Shown here piece by piece: positions 18,625-28,550 of a stretch of DNA of 64,000 bases. Source of the DNA: a bacterium (GTDB lineage Bacteria; UBA8248); NCBI GenBank assembly GCA_965204535.1, contig OZ241996.1, positions 896,001 to 960,000 of the forward strand, written 5' to 3'. The notes below the pieces were generated by a model. It was not told where the DNA came from and made no database searches. It saw nothing but the letters and a program-made list of their open reading frames with translations. A program made the translations under genes and the position numbers. Each line of letters begins with the position of its first letter. Within the stretch, counting starts at the first letter, position 1.

Positions 18625-20433
18625 CTAGTTCTCATTGTCGCTCGGTGTATCGGGATCGCCCGATGTATCAGATCGGCTCTCTGCCTGATAGGCACCCCGA
18701 TCCTGTAGCATTTTTATGATCGCAGGATCATTATTGTGCTTTGCTGCCCAGTCCAGGGGTATTTCGCCCTTATCATTCCGCGCTTTGACGTCGGCGCCCC
18801 TGTCCAGAAGTAGCTTTACAACCGCAGAATTCTTATTCCATCTCGCCGCGATGTGCAGGGGCGTATCCCCATCTTTACTTCGTGCGTTTACGTCGGTGCC
18901 ACGATCCAGTAGTAGTTTTGAGGCCGCTGGGATTTTATTCCATCTTGCCGCACGGTGCAGGGGAGTATGCCCCCTTTTATTTCGTGCGTTCACGTCCGCG
19001 CCCCGATTGAGTAGCAACCTCGAGACCGCAAGGTTCTTGTTGAAACCCGCTGAATACATCAAAGGAGTATGACGCAATTCAGTACCCCGTACATCTACGT
19101 CGATGCCCCGTTCCAGAAGTATTTTTATGACCGCAGGATTTTCATTGTATGTCGCCGCTATATGCAACGCATTCTTATTAGTTGGGTCGTACACTGCCTT
19201 GTATCGATAAGATCGATAGGGAATTACATCGTTTAGATTCGCGCCGCGCTCCAACAGCAAGGCTATTACTTCCGGGTGTTTGTTGTATCTCGCGGCAATA
19301 TGCAGTGGCGTGTAGAAGTATAGAAAACCTGTAAACACCTCATGCGGAATCTCATCTCTTGCGTCGATGTCGGCGCCAAGATCCAGAAGCGCCTTGATCA
19401 CGGCGGGGCCTTCATTCGCGCGCAAGGCCTTGTGCAGTCCACGGGCGCCGCCGTATTTCTTCCGGGCGACTCTCGCGGCCGTCAGGCCCTCCACCGTCCT
19501 ACCCCTCGGTCCTTCGATAGTAGGGTCGGCTCCCGCCTTTGTTAGCAGCTTGATAACCGCCGAGTGCCCGTGCGCCGCCGCCATGAACAGCGCAGTCGCG
19601 CCGTCCGCCGCGCGAGCGTCGACTTCCGCCTTCGCCTCGATCAGCGACTCGACCATCAGCGCGTAGCCCTTGTTCGCCGCGTGCATCAGCGCCGTCCAGC
19701 TGCGTGCATCGCGCGCATTCACGTCCGCACCCGCCGCAAGCGCCGCCTTGAACCCGTCGATGTTTCCCGCCAACACCGCTCGGTGCAAGGCATCGGGACG
19801 CACCTTCGAACGCGAAGAAGCCCGCGCGCCGGTTTTCGCTCCTTGCCGTTTCGCAGCGGCCCGCATGGCACGCAACCCACTAGGCGTCAACGTATCCCCC
19901 GGCGGAAGGCCCGCATCGCGGAGAAATCTCCCGTAGGCCTTCGCCGTGCGCTCGTTCCAGCGACCATCGACCGGACTCGGCTTGTAACCCAGCGCCGCCA
20001 GCAACTCTTGCGCCTCACGGATCGCCCGTGGGGGCGGCGAAGATGTAGCCTGTTTCCTATCATCTCCGCCCGACCGCCACGAGTGCGCGCGCTCCTGCGC
20101 AGATGCAATCTGCTGCGGCGTCATCTTCTCCGCCAGGGCGTCGCGCTTTTTCGCCGCTTCCATCTCACCCCGGCCCGCCGCCAGGTTGAACCACATATGC
20201 GCCAGGATAAAATTCTGCGGAGCGCCCACTCCCCGCATAAAAAGACGCCCGAGCGCCAGCATCGCCCGCCTGTCGCCGGCATTCGCGGCAGCGCGCCACT
20301 CCTTGAGCGCCTCGGCAGGTCTCCCCGCGTCCCACGCACGCTTGCCAGCAGCGTAGTCCGCCTGTGCGGGCAAGGCGCAAATGATCGTCAAGGCCAACAC
20401 TGGAATTACCGCCCGCAGCGCATGTCGAATCAT
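18625..20433 (-). CDS. Secreted Sel1 + PG-binding + ankyrin-repeat protein (paralogue C)
   Basis: Same architecture and near-identical C-terminal tail as paralogue A. Start 'MIRHALR' as in paralogue B. Confidence 0.88.
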   Translation of the reverse strand: MIRHALRAVIPVLALTIICALPAQADYAAGKRAWDAGRPAEALKEWRAAANAGDRRAMLALGRLFMRGVGAPQNFILAHMWFNLAAGRGEMEAAKKRDALAEKMTPQQIASAQERAHSWRSGGDDRKQATSSPPPRAIREAQELLAALGYKPSPVDGRWNERTAKAYGRFLRDAGLPPGDTLTPSGLRAMRAAAKRQGAKTGARASSRSKVRPDALHRAVLAGNIDGFKAALAAGADVNARDARSWTALMHAANKGYALMVESLIEAKAEVDARAADGATALFMAAAHGHSAVIKLLTKAGADPTIEGPRGRTVEGLTAARVARKKYGGARGLHKALRANEGPAVIKALLDLGADIDARDEIPHEVFTGFLYFYTPLHIAARYNKHPEVIALLLERGANLNDVIPYRSYRYKAVYDPTNKNALHIAATYNENPAVIKILLERGIDVDVRGTELRHTPLMYSAGFNKNLAVSRLLLNRGADVNARNKRGHTPLHRAARWNKIPAASKLLLDRGTDVNARSKDGDTPLHIAARWNKNSAVVKLLLDRGADVKARNDKGEIPLDWAAKHNNDPAIIKMLQDRGAYQAESRSDTSGDPDTPSDNEN

Positions 20434-20947
20434 CTTCTCGTCTCCCGTGGAATGGAACGCAACCAAAAGAATACGGAGATATTCACCAGCTTCTAACCCG
20501 TACACGCATCCCTTTCGACACTCCGCACGAGTCATCAGGGATTCCCCCTACAATGCCCGTTCTTCTGAACCGGCTGCTTCAGGTATTTTTTAATATACAA
20601 TACCAGCACAGCGGTTGTTATTCACTTTCATGTTATGACGATCATGGGTTCCAATAAACGTTGCGGGAGACTGGTTTGCAATCGGAAGTAGTCTGTTGAG
20701 CCTCGGGCTCAGGAGGAGTGTTGCGCAATGCGCCGACCTGGACGCGCAGTGGTGTCACTGCATTGATTCCTGTGAGGAGAGAGCCGTCGCAGAGCCGGGC
20801 CGCACTACGACAACTGCAACAATGCCTGTATACTTGAGCACTTACAATCGCATGTGGATACCGAACTTCCTGACTGGGGCGATTTTTCCAGAAGCGCCTC
20901 AGTTGAAAATGCAATTTCTGGTCGGCGATAATATGGAGCGTAAAAAA

Positions 20948-23281
20948 ATGACTCAACGCGAAAACGGACTCTCAAAAATCACTCTCTTGTCCCTTGCGGT
21001 TTCGTTCATTCTGGTTTGCGCCTTCGTGCTCTACGGCTGCGGCGGAGGTGGTGGTGGCGGCCCGAGAGTGTCACAGCCGCCGATGGTCATGCCGGGCGGG
21101 GGAAACACGACAGGTGGAGGATCACAAACGCCCGGCGGCGTGCAGGCACCTTCAGCAGTGACCTCCCTGCGTGAAGCAGCAAGGGCCATCCCGCGACTCG
21201 GAAGAAGATCCGTTACGCAATCCGGCAACACGGACGGGAACAACATGACAACGGACACGGTCGAAGCCGTGTTCGATTACGGGCAAATGACAATGTCCGT
21301 TACCCGATCCGATGGAACCCGGCTTACGCTGGACAGTATGGCAGATGCATCTTCAACCGCGCTTGGCACGCCGGTTCGGAATAGCCAGATCGCCCGCGAA
21401 TGGCAGCTAGAAAAGCAACTCTCTGGTCACACTGCGACTGTTCGGAGTTTCGGTGAAATTCCCGCCAGTGAATTTCCACTTCGCGCCGTCCGGGCATCAG
21501 GAAATTACGGGACCAACGACACTGTGATAGAGGCATGGGAAGCCAGCGGTCGACGCAATCCCCTTGTACCCCAGGACTATATCGATTGGCTGAAGAAGCT
21601 GCATGTGAACCTGGTCGGTTTTTCCATATCTCTCCACTATGAAGACAGCATGGACAGCACGGTGGAACGCATATATACCGGGCCGAACGTCAGGACATAC
21701 TCTGATGACGCTATCCGGCAATTCATACGGGAATTCAAGCAACATGGCATTGACACTTATCTGACTCTGGCTTTTGAATCTGCGGATGCCGAAACATCGA
21801 GTCGCCCCGTGCTCCGGTGGCAACTTGGAGATTCGGGCGACCCGCAAACAGGTGTTCCACCAGACGATCCGAATGCTTTCGTGAGGATTTTGCCCGAAAA
21901 CTGGCCCTGGAACCCAAACCACCCCGATCATAAAAGATTCGTCGCCGAATTCTGGAAAACTCTTACGGATCAAGCGGTGCATTTTGCCCGAATCGCGGAG
22001 GAAGAAGGCGTTCCAATATTCTCGCTGGGAACGGAAACCGATCGCCTTTTTCTTCGAACCCGTTCAGGGGACTCTTGGCCCAACGATTTCAGGCAGGAAC
22101 TCCAGAATATGGTACGCCGCGTGCGTGAGGTGTACAGTGGTCTATTAACCTATGATATGCACTACAGCTCACTCACATTTAACGAGCCCGGCGCAGGGTA
22201 TGTCTGGGAAGATCTGGGCCTTGATATCGTGGGTGTCAGCGCCTATTTCGAAATGGCGGATTCACCGCCAACATCCGTCATAAGCGTCGAAGATTTTGAA
22301 AAGCGTTACGAAGAGGTATTTAAAAAATATCTCAAGCCCCTGGCTGAAAGAAACCCTGGTCGACCAATCGTGTTCCTGGAGTACGGCACTGTCGATACCC
22401 TCGAAGGTCCTGAGTCTCCGGGCGCGACCGATTTCCGGGCGTTTGTATTTGGAGACAGGGATGGCAATGGACTCGATGACGGCCGGGAAAATCAGGCAAA
22501 CATGTTTCAGGCTTTGATCAACACCATGGCCAGATACCCTGGTTTGGTCAATGGCATTTTGTGGACAGAAAATTGGGTGGCGAGCGATGAACTGTGGGCG
22601 GAATATTGGGCAGGACGCCGCGGATTCAGTGTACGTGACAAGCTGTCGGAAGACGTCGTGCGGTTGGCTCACGAATCGGCGGCGGATTGGTTGACCGGCG
22701 GATATTGGATGCTCGTCGACGGAAACTCGGAAGTAACCGATGTAGGCGCGTTTGTGGACGGGCCGGAGCTGGCCGGCGCCCCGACGCTCCCATCTCTCGG
22801 TACGGCGACCTACCAGGGGTTTGCAACGGGCGGGTATGCCGCCGTATACGGCACCGACTATCCCAACGTAACCGCAGGGTCGCATGAAGTCGGGGAATAC
22901 GAGGGCCAGCTGGAACTAACGGCGGATTTCGGGACGCGCCGTATCAGTGGGCGGGTCCACTCGATATCCCTGAGCGGCATACATACGTCAATGGGAGGGT
23001 CATCCCGCCCGATCGCGGATGTTGCGGCGCCGTATGTGTTCAGCCTTGGTGAAACCAGTTTCGATACCAGTGGGTTCACGGGAAATACGACCGTTTCATC
23101 GACAAACCCTGGAATCAGCGTCGAGAGCTCAGCCGGCTCTTGGGGCGGAAAATTTTCCGTCGTATCTGACGACGATGGCAATCCGCGACTCGTAGCCGGA
23201 ACGCATGGCGAGGAGTTCACAACTGCGGGGGGCACCGAGGCCGGATTTATCGGAGCGTTCGCGGGGGTTACAGGTCGATAA
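20948..23281 (+). CDS. Lipoprotein with a GH113/GTA-TIM-barrel-like glycosidase domain inserted in a TbpB-like beta-barrel scaffold
   Basis: Lipobox 'LYGC' plus poly-Gly linker. Clan GH-A-like motifs 'FSLGTET', 'VYSGLLTY', 'DIVGVSAYF', 'VFLEYG'. C-terminal 'GTATYQG...ELTADFG..ISG...WGGKFS...GAF'. Confidence 0.72.
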   Translation: MTQRENGLSKITLLSLAVSFILVCAFVLYGCGGGGGGGPRVSQPPMVMPGGGNTTGGGSQTPGGVQAPSAVTSLREAARAIPRLGRRSVTQSGNTDGNNMTTDTVEAVFDYGQMTMSVTRSDGTRLTLDSMADASSTALGTPVRNSQIAREWQLEKQLSGHTATVRSFGEIPASEFPLRAVRASGNYGTNDTVIEAWEASGRRNPLVPQDYIDWLKKLHVNLVGFSISLHYEDSMDSTVERIYTGPNVRTYSDDAIRQFIREFKQHGIDTYLTLAFESADAETSSRPVLRWQLGDSGDPQTGVPPDDPNAFVRILPENWPWNPNHPDHKRFVAEFWKTLTDQAVHFARIAEEEGVPIFSLGTETDRLFLRTRSGDSWPNDFRQELQNMVRRVREVYSGLLTYDMHYSSLTFNEPGAGYVWEDLGLDIVGVSAYFEMADSPPTSVISVEDFEKRYEEVFKKYLKPLAERNPGRPIVFLEYGTVDTLEGPESPGATDFRAFVFGDRDGNGLDDGRENQANMFQALINTMARYPGLVNGILWTENWVASDELWAEYWAGRRGFSVRDKLSEDVVRLAHESAADWLTGGYWMLVDGNSEVTDVGAFVDGPELAGAPTLPSLGTATYQGFATGGYAAVYGTDYPNVTAGSHEVGEYEGQLELTADFGTRRISGRVHSISLSGIHTSMGGSSRPIADVAAPYVFSLGETSFDTSGFTGNTTVSSTNPGISVESSAGSWGGKFSVVSDDDGNPRLVAGTHGEEFTTAGGTEAGFIGAFAGVTGR

Positions 23282-23331
23282 ATAGGCGGTGGGTGGGTCG
23301 GTAACGACCCCTCCTACTCAGCTCCTTCGAT

Positions 23332-23567
23332 GTAAACGTTCGCTAGCACCGTGACGGAATAGGTTTCAGCGCTGTTCGAGTCCAGATTCATGTTGACTTA
23401 TATGAGATGAAAGTCGATGTCGGTATGCCGCCCATACAGCACAAGTGCTTGGAGATTCTGCCGATTTGTATAGGGGCGATAGCTTTGGGCTGGTTCAGTT
23501 ATGTTCTGACAAGATACCGGATTCCCGCAGTTCTGGGGCTGCTATCACGGCCCGGATGAACGTTTAC
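23332..23567. mobile_element. 236-bp MITE-like remnant with IS66-type TIRs related to the element at 4851
   Basis: Left gtaaacgttcgctagcaccgtgacgg (19/26) and right ctatcacggcccggatgaacgtttac (21/26) match the IS66 TIR and face inward. No ORF, no intact TSD. Confidence 0.7.
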
Positions 23568-23697
23568 CCGGTAACCCCGACAGAAACCCGCCGAGCTACG
23601 CAGGAGTTTGAATCGGGAGGCGTTGACAGCGCGGCATACGCAACGCCATATAGCCTCTTGGCCGGAGCGTTATTCCAGAGATACGCCGAGGCATCAT

Positions 23698-23785
23698 GCC
23701 CAAGTGGTGGAATTGGTAGACATGCCGGCTTGCGAGGCTGGTGGGGGCAACCCCGTATCGGTTCGAGTCCAGCCTTGGAGCAGCA
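23698..23785 (+). pseudogene. Decayed tRNA-Leu-type gene (long variable arm), anticodon now GCG
   Basis: GCCCAAG-TG-GTGGAATTGGTAGACAT-G-CCGGC-TTGCGAG-GCTGG-TGGGGGCAACCCCGT-ATCGG-TTCGAGT-CCAGC-CTTGGAGC-AGCA. Two T-stem mismatches, a bulged acceptor stem, GCA in place of CCA. Confidence 0.8.
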
Positions 23786-23930
23786 TCACACCTTTTCATA
23801 ACCCCTTAATTGCCAACACGTTCGCCTGAGAACCCCTTGGGATACAGAGGATTTCTGTCATGCTTGCGCTTTTCTTCCTTCACTCGTACATTTCTAAAAA
23901 TATCGCCCTCCCCGAAGTGAGGAACGGCAA

Positions 23931-24833
23931 ATGCGAAATTCCGGCATCGCCCGGCGCAGCTGCGCAATCTACAGCAAAATGGCGATAATTTTCGTAGTCG
24001 CTTTAACCGGCGCGCTCTGGATGTCCGCACCATCCTCTCATGCGTGCAGCTGCAGGTTCCCCTCAGGGGGATTCATCGGCCCGAAAATCGGGCGTCTGCC
24101 CGCAAATGCCGTCGGCGTCCCCTGGTATACGCGATATAAGATAAAAAACGAGCCCATCGAATACATCAAGTCGCGTTCCAGGGTGGAGATATGGGAGAAG
24201 CGCGAGTTCCGAGCCTTGCCGGTGAAGGTTATCCCCCTCGAAGGCTTCCTCGACGACACTTACGTGGTAGCTCCGGAGGGAGAGAAACTCCGGCCCGGCG
24301 CGACCTACCGCTTTACCGTCGACAGAAAACCCGAGTACAGGGATGGTTATGAGCAGGTAATAGTCACGATTGATCGTGAAAACCTGTCGTCGATAACGAA
24401 ACTGGCCCTCGAAGTGGGGCCGGTCACAACCGAAGGCATCTCTGTGGCCGGCAGCCCTTCATGCAGGCGTTGGCTGAAGGTTTCGCAAGCCAGAATCAAG
24501 AGCAAGTTGCCACAGGGCGCGCGACAGTGGGGAGAGCAGTTGCTGTACCGCACCATAGTCGACGGGAAAATCCGTTGGCATGCCCAGAGCCACAATTGTT
24601 CCCCCATTGTGCCGGGCCGGAGTTGGGAGGCGGTCGGTGAGGACAGGATCTACGCTCCCTGCAAAGGAGGGCGCCTTGTCAAATATTTTGATCTGCGGGG
24701 AATGCCACGTGGATATTATGCTTTCAAAGGCATTCCACCGGGTCAACACATACTGTCAATAGAAGCGTACCTGCCGGGCACAGGCATTGTACTGCAGACG
24801 CCCGTCAAGTCCGTGAATCTGCGCTGCCGGTAA
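23931..24833 (+). CDS. Hypothetical secreted Cys-containing protein
   Basis: 300-aa ORF. Signal peptide ends 'SSHA-CSCR' (CxC at the mature N-terminus). Confidence 0.7.
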   Translation: MRNSGIARRSCAIYSKMAIIFVVALTGALWMSAPSSHACSCRFPSGGFIGPKIGRLPANAVGVPWYTRYKIKNEPIEYIKSRSRVEIWEKREFRALPVKVIPLEGFLDDTYVVAPEGEKLRPGATYRFTVDRKPEYRDGYEQVIVTIDRENLSSITKLALEVGPVTTEGISVAGSPSCRRWLKVSQARIKSKLPQGARQWGEQLLYRTIVDGKIRWHAQSHNCSPIVPGRSWEAVGEDRIYAPCKGGRLVKYFDLRGMPRGYYAFKGIPPGQHILSIEAYLPGTGIVLQTPVKSVNLRCR

Positions 24834-25375
24834 ATCCGGTCCGTCGCTCAAAGCGCCATCAAAGACACCGCGCGACCCGCCCGGGTCGTTCACGGACACG
24901 CGCCCGCCGTGATGCGCTGGAGTTGTAACGAATCCGCTTTCGGCTTGATTACGGATTGTGAGAGACGGATTTCAGGTTGAATCGTGAAACAGGTAATTGA
25001 AATGATATCAACAGGTTATGGAACCATGCCGATGACAAAAACGGCTCGCTGTCCCTTTGTTCCTGGATTTATCGAAATACCCCGTGAATTTATCGAATTT
25101 TTCAGTATTTCGTGAGAGGTTTCGAGGCGGGGCATCGTCGGTAAACAATTCTTCGTCGTCAGGCTGTCATCCGCGCTTCGCATCATCATCCATCCTCATC
25201 GAACGGCTCTCGGCGTGAACTCCGTCCTGAAACATTGAGCCCGACTCTATGGCGAGCCTCGGCGGAGGAGGATAGCGAAAACCACCCGATGTGCGGTACG
25301 TGCAATTGCGGGGAATTGCGTGGTCAATCCCGAGAGGAGAGAGTAGTTACTGAGTAGGGAAGCAGGGATTGTTGA

Positions 25376-25867
25376 CTAACTATCTGCTTGCTTCAGGCAC
25401 TGTGGGCAGAGTTCACAGACGTGGACGCCAAGGGAGTCGATGAAGTCGGCGTGTTCCGACCAGTCCGAGTCCGTGGCGTTCACGACCCGCCCGTCTCCGG
25501 CCTCGGCGACGGCCAGGAATTTCCGGTCATCCCGGTCGAAAGTATTCGCGGGAAGGTTGGCGAATCCGCCGTCTTCGTCCGGCGTCTCTTGGATTGATAT
25601 GTGAATGACTTTCTTTGTGGAATGCTGATGGTCATTCAGGTATTTGAAAAACTCATCTCCAACGCCGGGTTCTCCGCTTTGACGGCAATAATCTCTGTAT
25701 TCATCTATGATGAGGTCGAATGTATCGAGAAGGACGAGCTGTTTCCCTGCTTTTGCACTCTGTAACGCCTCGACACACGCGAGTTCGCATTTGAGATCCG
25801 CCGGGGTATCGTCTCTTCCATTCGCCACTATCAAGACGTTTGTATCGACGACTATCCTGTCCCTCAT
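25376..25867 (-). CDS. PIN-domain-like protein coupled to the ATPase
   Basis: 'IVVDTNVLIVANG', 'IIDEY', 'DRDDRKFLAVA', 'NATDSDW'. ATGA overlap with the ATPase stop. Confidence 0.75.
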   Translation of the reverse strand: MRDRIVVDTNVLIVANGRDDTPADLKCELACVEALQSAKAGKQLVLLDTFDLIIDEYRDYCRQSGEPGVGDEFFKYLNDHQHSTKKVIHISIQETPDEDGGFANLPANTFDRDDRKFLAVAEAGDGRVVNATDSDWSEHADFIDSLGVHVCELCPQCLKQADS

Positions 25868-27267
25868 TCCTCGGCTTTCATCTTGCGTTTGATAGCGGCT
25901 TTTCTGGTCTCGGCGATTTCCTCCATCTCATCGCCGAAGAAATGCTCGGGCCAGTTCTTGATCTCTCCATATTCGTTCAGGCCGATGTCCGTCAGATGGG
26001 CCTCACCGCTTTCCTGCGATACGAAGTAGAGCTTCACCAAGTCCGCCGAGATGGCTTCTTCCGCCACGCGCCGCTGGAGGCGACGCAAGAGGTGTTCGCT
26101 GTGGCTTTCGACGATCACCTGCAAATCTCGCGTTTCGGCGATTCTGACGATGGCGTCCGCCAACCTGCTTTGCACCTCAGGATGCAGGTGGATTTCCGGT
26201 TGCTCCAGAACAATTGTGGAACCTTCCGGGACATGGTTCAGGAGGACGATGACCGGAAGAACCTGGGATACACCGAAGCCCACGTCCGTCAAAAGCACTT
26301 TCGGGCTTCCCTTGTCCACAGAAACTTTGGCTTGGTAGATGTTGGAACCCTTGGCGATCTCGGAGACCGAGAAGGAATGAATGAGGCCCATTTCTTGGAG
26401 CCGCATTGCGATCACTTCCTGAAAGGAGCGTTTTCTCGCCCCTTTCTTCATCTGATAGGCGTTTCCCTTTTCCGACGCGGCCAAGATAGCGTTGATTGTT
26501 GATTCGCCGCGCGCCCCTACGTCGTAAGGGCTGCCTCCGGGCCAGTTATATTCCCGTTGCGGATAGTTTCGGAGCGGTCCGAGGTAAAAAATCCCGTCCA
26601 TCAATTTTTCATAATCGGCCTCTAGCTCACTCAGCAGATACTGAGATTCTGATGGTGTGTCGAAGCCAATTTGGAAAGGGAAGCGGTGTGTTTTAATCGG
26701 CCCTAAATTGGTTAAATGGAAGTGAGACATTGCGTCCGATGCAGGATGATTCGGGGATAAAACTATACGAAAATCACTCTCTGGATCGGGACTGGCCTCG
26801 ATTCCAAAAGTCGTTTCTTCGCCGGTCGCGGCGTCTTGTATGGCGTAATGAATGGACTGCGTTTTCAGAGACTTCGACTCCTCGGGATTCGCCATCTCCA
26901 CCACGGATCGTATAGAAACTTCTTTATAATCGAATCGAATTTCATCTTTGCCCGTGTGAGAGTCGAATGCGCTCCAAGGCCGTTCCAGCCCATCCCAGGA
27001 CAATCGCCATTCCAGTTTCTGGCTTTTGTCGTTTCGGTGAATTACGTCGCCGAAGCCGCCCAGGTTGATCACCCCGCCGGATTTTCCGAAATCGAGAACG
27101 ATGTTGCGATCCGAATTGTTCTTCGTTTCCTTCAACATCAGGAGAAACTGGATCAGGCTGCTTTTGCCCGAACTGTTGGTTCCGAACAGACCGGTGACCC
27201 TTCGGCCGAGTTCAATGTCGAGCTCGCGCCACGCCTTGAAATTCTTGAGATTGACGTGCCGGATCAT
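25864..27267 (-). CDS. AAA_15/AAA_21 ABC-type ATPase with DUF3696-like C-terminus
   Basis: 'LKNFKAW', Walker A 'GTNSSGKSS', signature 'DVGFGVSQVL', Walker B 'LEQPEIHLHP', 'ESHSEH', 'YGEIKNWPEHFF'. Confidence 0.88.
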   Translation of the reverse strand: MIRHVNLKNFKAWRELDIELGRRVTGLFGTNSSGKSSLIQFLLMLKETKNNSDRNIVLDFGKSGGVINLGGFGDVIHRNDKSQKLEWRLSWDGLERPWSAFDSHTGKDEIRFDYKEVSIRSVVEMANPEESKSLKTQSIHYAIQDAATGEETTFGIEASPDPESDFRIVLSPNHPASDAMSHFHLTNLGPIKTHRFPFQIGFDTPSESQYLLSELEADYEKLMDGIFYLGPLRNYPQREYNWPGGSPYDVGARGESTINAILAASEKGNAYQMKKGARKRSFQEVIAMRLQEMGLIHSFSVSEIAKGSNIYQAKVSVDKGSPKVLLTDVGFGVSQVLPVIVLLNHVPEGSTIVLEQPEIHLHPEVQSRLADAIVRIAETRDLQVIVESHSEHLLRRLQRRVAEEAISADLVKLYFVSQESGEAHLTDIGLNEYGEIKNWPEHFFGDEMEEIAETRKAAIKRKMKAEE

Positions 27268-27367
27268 CGTACTGTCCCCAAGGCGAACAAGGTGTTTCCA
27301 AGATCGGTAGCCTCTTTACCCGATTCGCCCGGAATTATGCGCTACGCATTAACCCCCGTCAAAATCC

Positions 27368-28480
27368 CTAACCCCCCAACCCGTACAGCTCCATCGCGTT
27401 ATCCCTCATGATGCGCGCGCGGAGGTCTGCGTCCACCTGGCGAGGCAGGGCGTGGACGGGGGAGTCGAAGTCCCAGTGGGGGTAGTCGGTGGCGAAGAGG
27501 AGGATTTTTTCGGCGTGGACCATCTCGAATATCTGCACGAGGTGCTCGTCCTTATCCGGCTCCTCGATGGGCTGGCTCGTCACCCGGAAGTGCTCGTAAA
27601 AATACTCGCTCGGCAGCTTCTTGAGCCAGGGCACCTCGGCGCGCATCCCCCGGTAGTTCTTGTCCAGCCGCCACAGCAGCCCCGGAATCCAGGAGAGGCC
27701 GCCCTCGATCAGCACGACCTTGAGCTTCGGGAAAAACTCGAACACGCCCTCGCAGATGAAGCTCACGACGTGGGTCATGAAGGCCTGGCTCATCGCCGTG
27801 TGCCACTCGATGTAGTAGGTGGGCCAGCCCGAAGCCGTGGGCGGCGGCGCGTTGCCCGCACCCGTACCTCCGAAATGGATGCCGATAGGCAGCCCGCGCT
27901 CTTCCGCCGCCGCGTAGATGGGGTGGTACCGCCTCTGGCCGTAGGGGGCGTGCGAACCCGCCGGGAAGAGCACCTGCGCCATGTCGGCGCGCCCGCCGAC
28001 GCGCTCTATCTCGTCCACGGCGTGCTGGGGGTCCTGATGCGAGACGGTGATGGCGCCGCGCAGGCGCTCGTCTTTTTCGAGCCAGTGCTCGATCGTCCAG
28101 TCGTTGTGCGCGCGGGCCATGGCCGCGCCGAACTCGGGAATCCCCATGAAGGAGACGTTGTAATACGCCCCGTTCAGCACCCCGTAGCTCACCCCGTAGG
28201 CGTCCAGCACCTGCTCTTGCAGCATCGAGAGGCTCGAACCCGCCGGGCCGTCCGGCGGTATGGCGTCCTTGCGGACGCCGCCGCCCGCCGTTTTGGGGTA
28301 GGGGGCGTTCGGCAGTTTCGTGTAGTCGGTCTCTTCCACGTAGTTGCGCCACACGACCGGCAGGTAGGGCAGCAGGGCGTCCAGCGAGGGCGGTACGTGG
28401 TGGATGTCCGCGTCCACCATGCCGATGCTGGATTCTGAGACCGGCAGGGGCGTTTTCGCGGCTTGCGGCGTCGTGCTCAT
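27368..28480 (-). CDS. Amidohydrolase_2 family protein (ACMSD/LigW-like)
   Basis: 'DADIHH', 'IGIHFGG', 'LIEGGLSW', 'FATDYPHWD'. Confidence 0.9.
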   Translation of the reverse strand: MSTTPQAAKTPLPVSESSIGMVDADIHHVPPSLDALLPYLPVVWRNYVEETDYTKLPNAPYPKTAGGGVRKDAIPPDGPAGSSLSMLQEQVLDAYGVSYGVLNGAYYNVSFMGIPEFGAAMARAHNDWTIEHWLEKDERLRGAITVSHQDPQHAVDEIERVGGRADMAQVLFPAGSHAPYGQRRYHPIYAAAEERGLPIGIHFGGTGAGNAPPPTASGWPTYYIEWHTAMSQAFMTHVVSFICEGVFEFFPKLKVVLIEGGLSWIPGLLWRLDKNYRGMRAEVPWLKKLPSEYFYEHFRVTSQPIEEPDKDEHLVQIFEMVHAEKILLFATDYPHWDFDSPVHALPRQVDADLRARIMRDNAMELYGLGG

Positions 28481-28550
28481 TGTCGATCCTCCATGCGGTT
28501 TTTCAGGGGATTATATATTTGACCGGCCAACCCCCCAAGCCCCGTTGTCG

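Noticed and set aside
14619-20433. Complete DGR locus
   Set aside because: No reverse transcriptase, Avd or adenine-rich template repeat seen. Only a candidate target is reported.
20696-20947. N-terminal extension of the 861-aa ORF
   Set aside because: RBS and lipoprotein signal indicate a start at 20948.
23698-23785. Functional tRNA-Arg(GCG) or allo-tRNA
   Set aside because: Leu-type body, broken T and acceptor stems, no CCA, and no 8/4 or 9/3 fold found.
11788-25020. AATGATATCAA motifs near 11796 and 25000 as dif/att sites
   Set aside because: Short and AT-rich, no match to the dif consensus, no integrase in the window.
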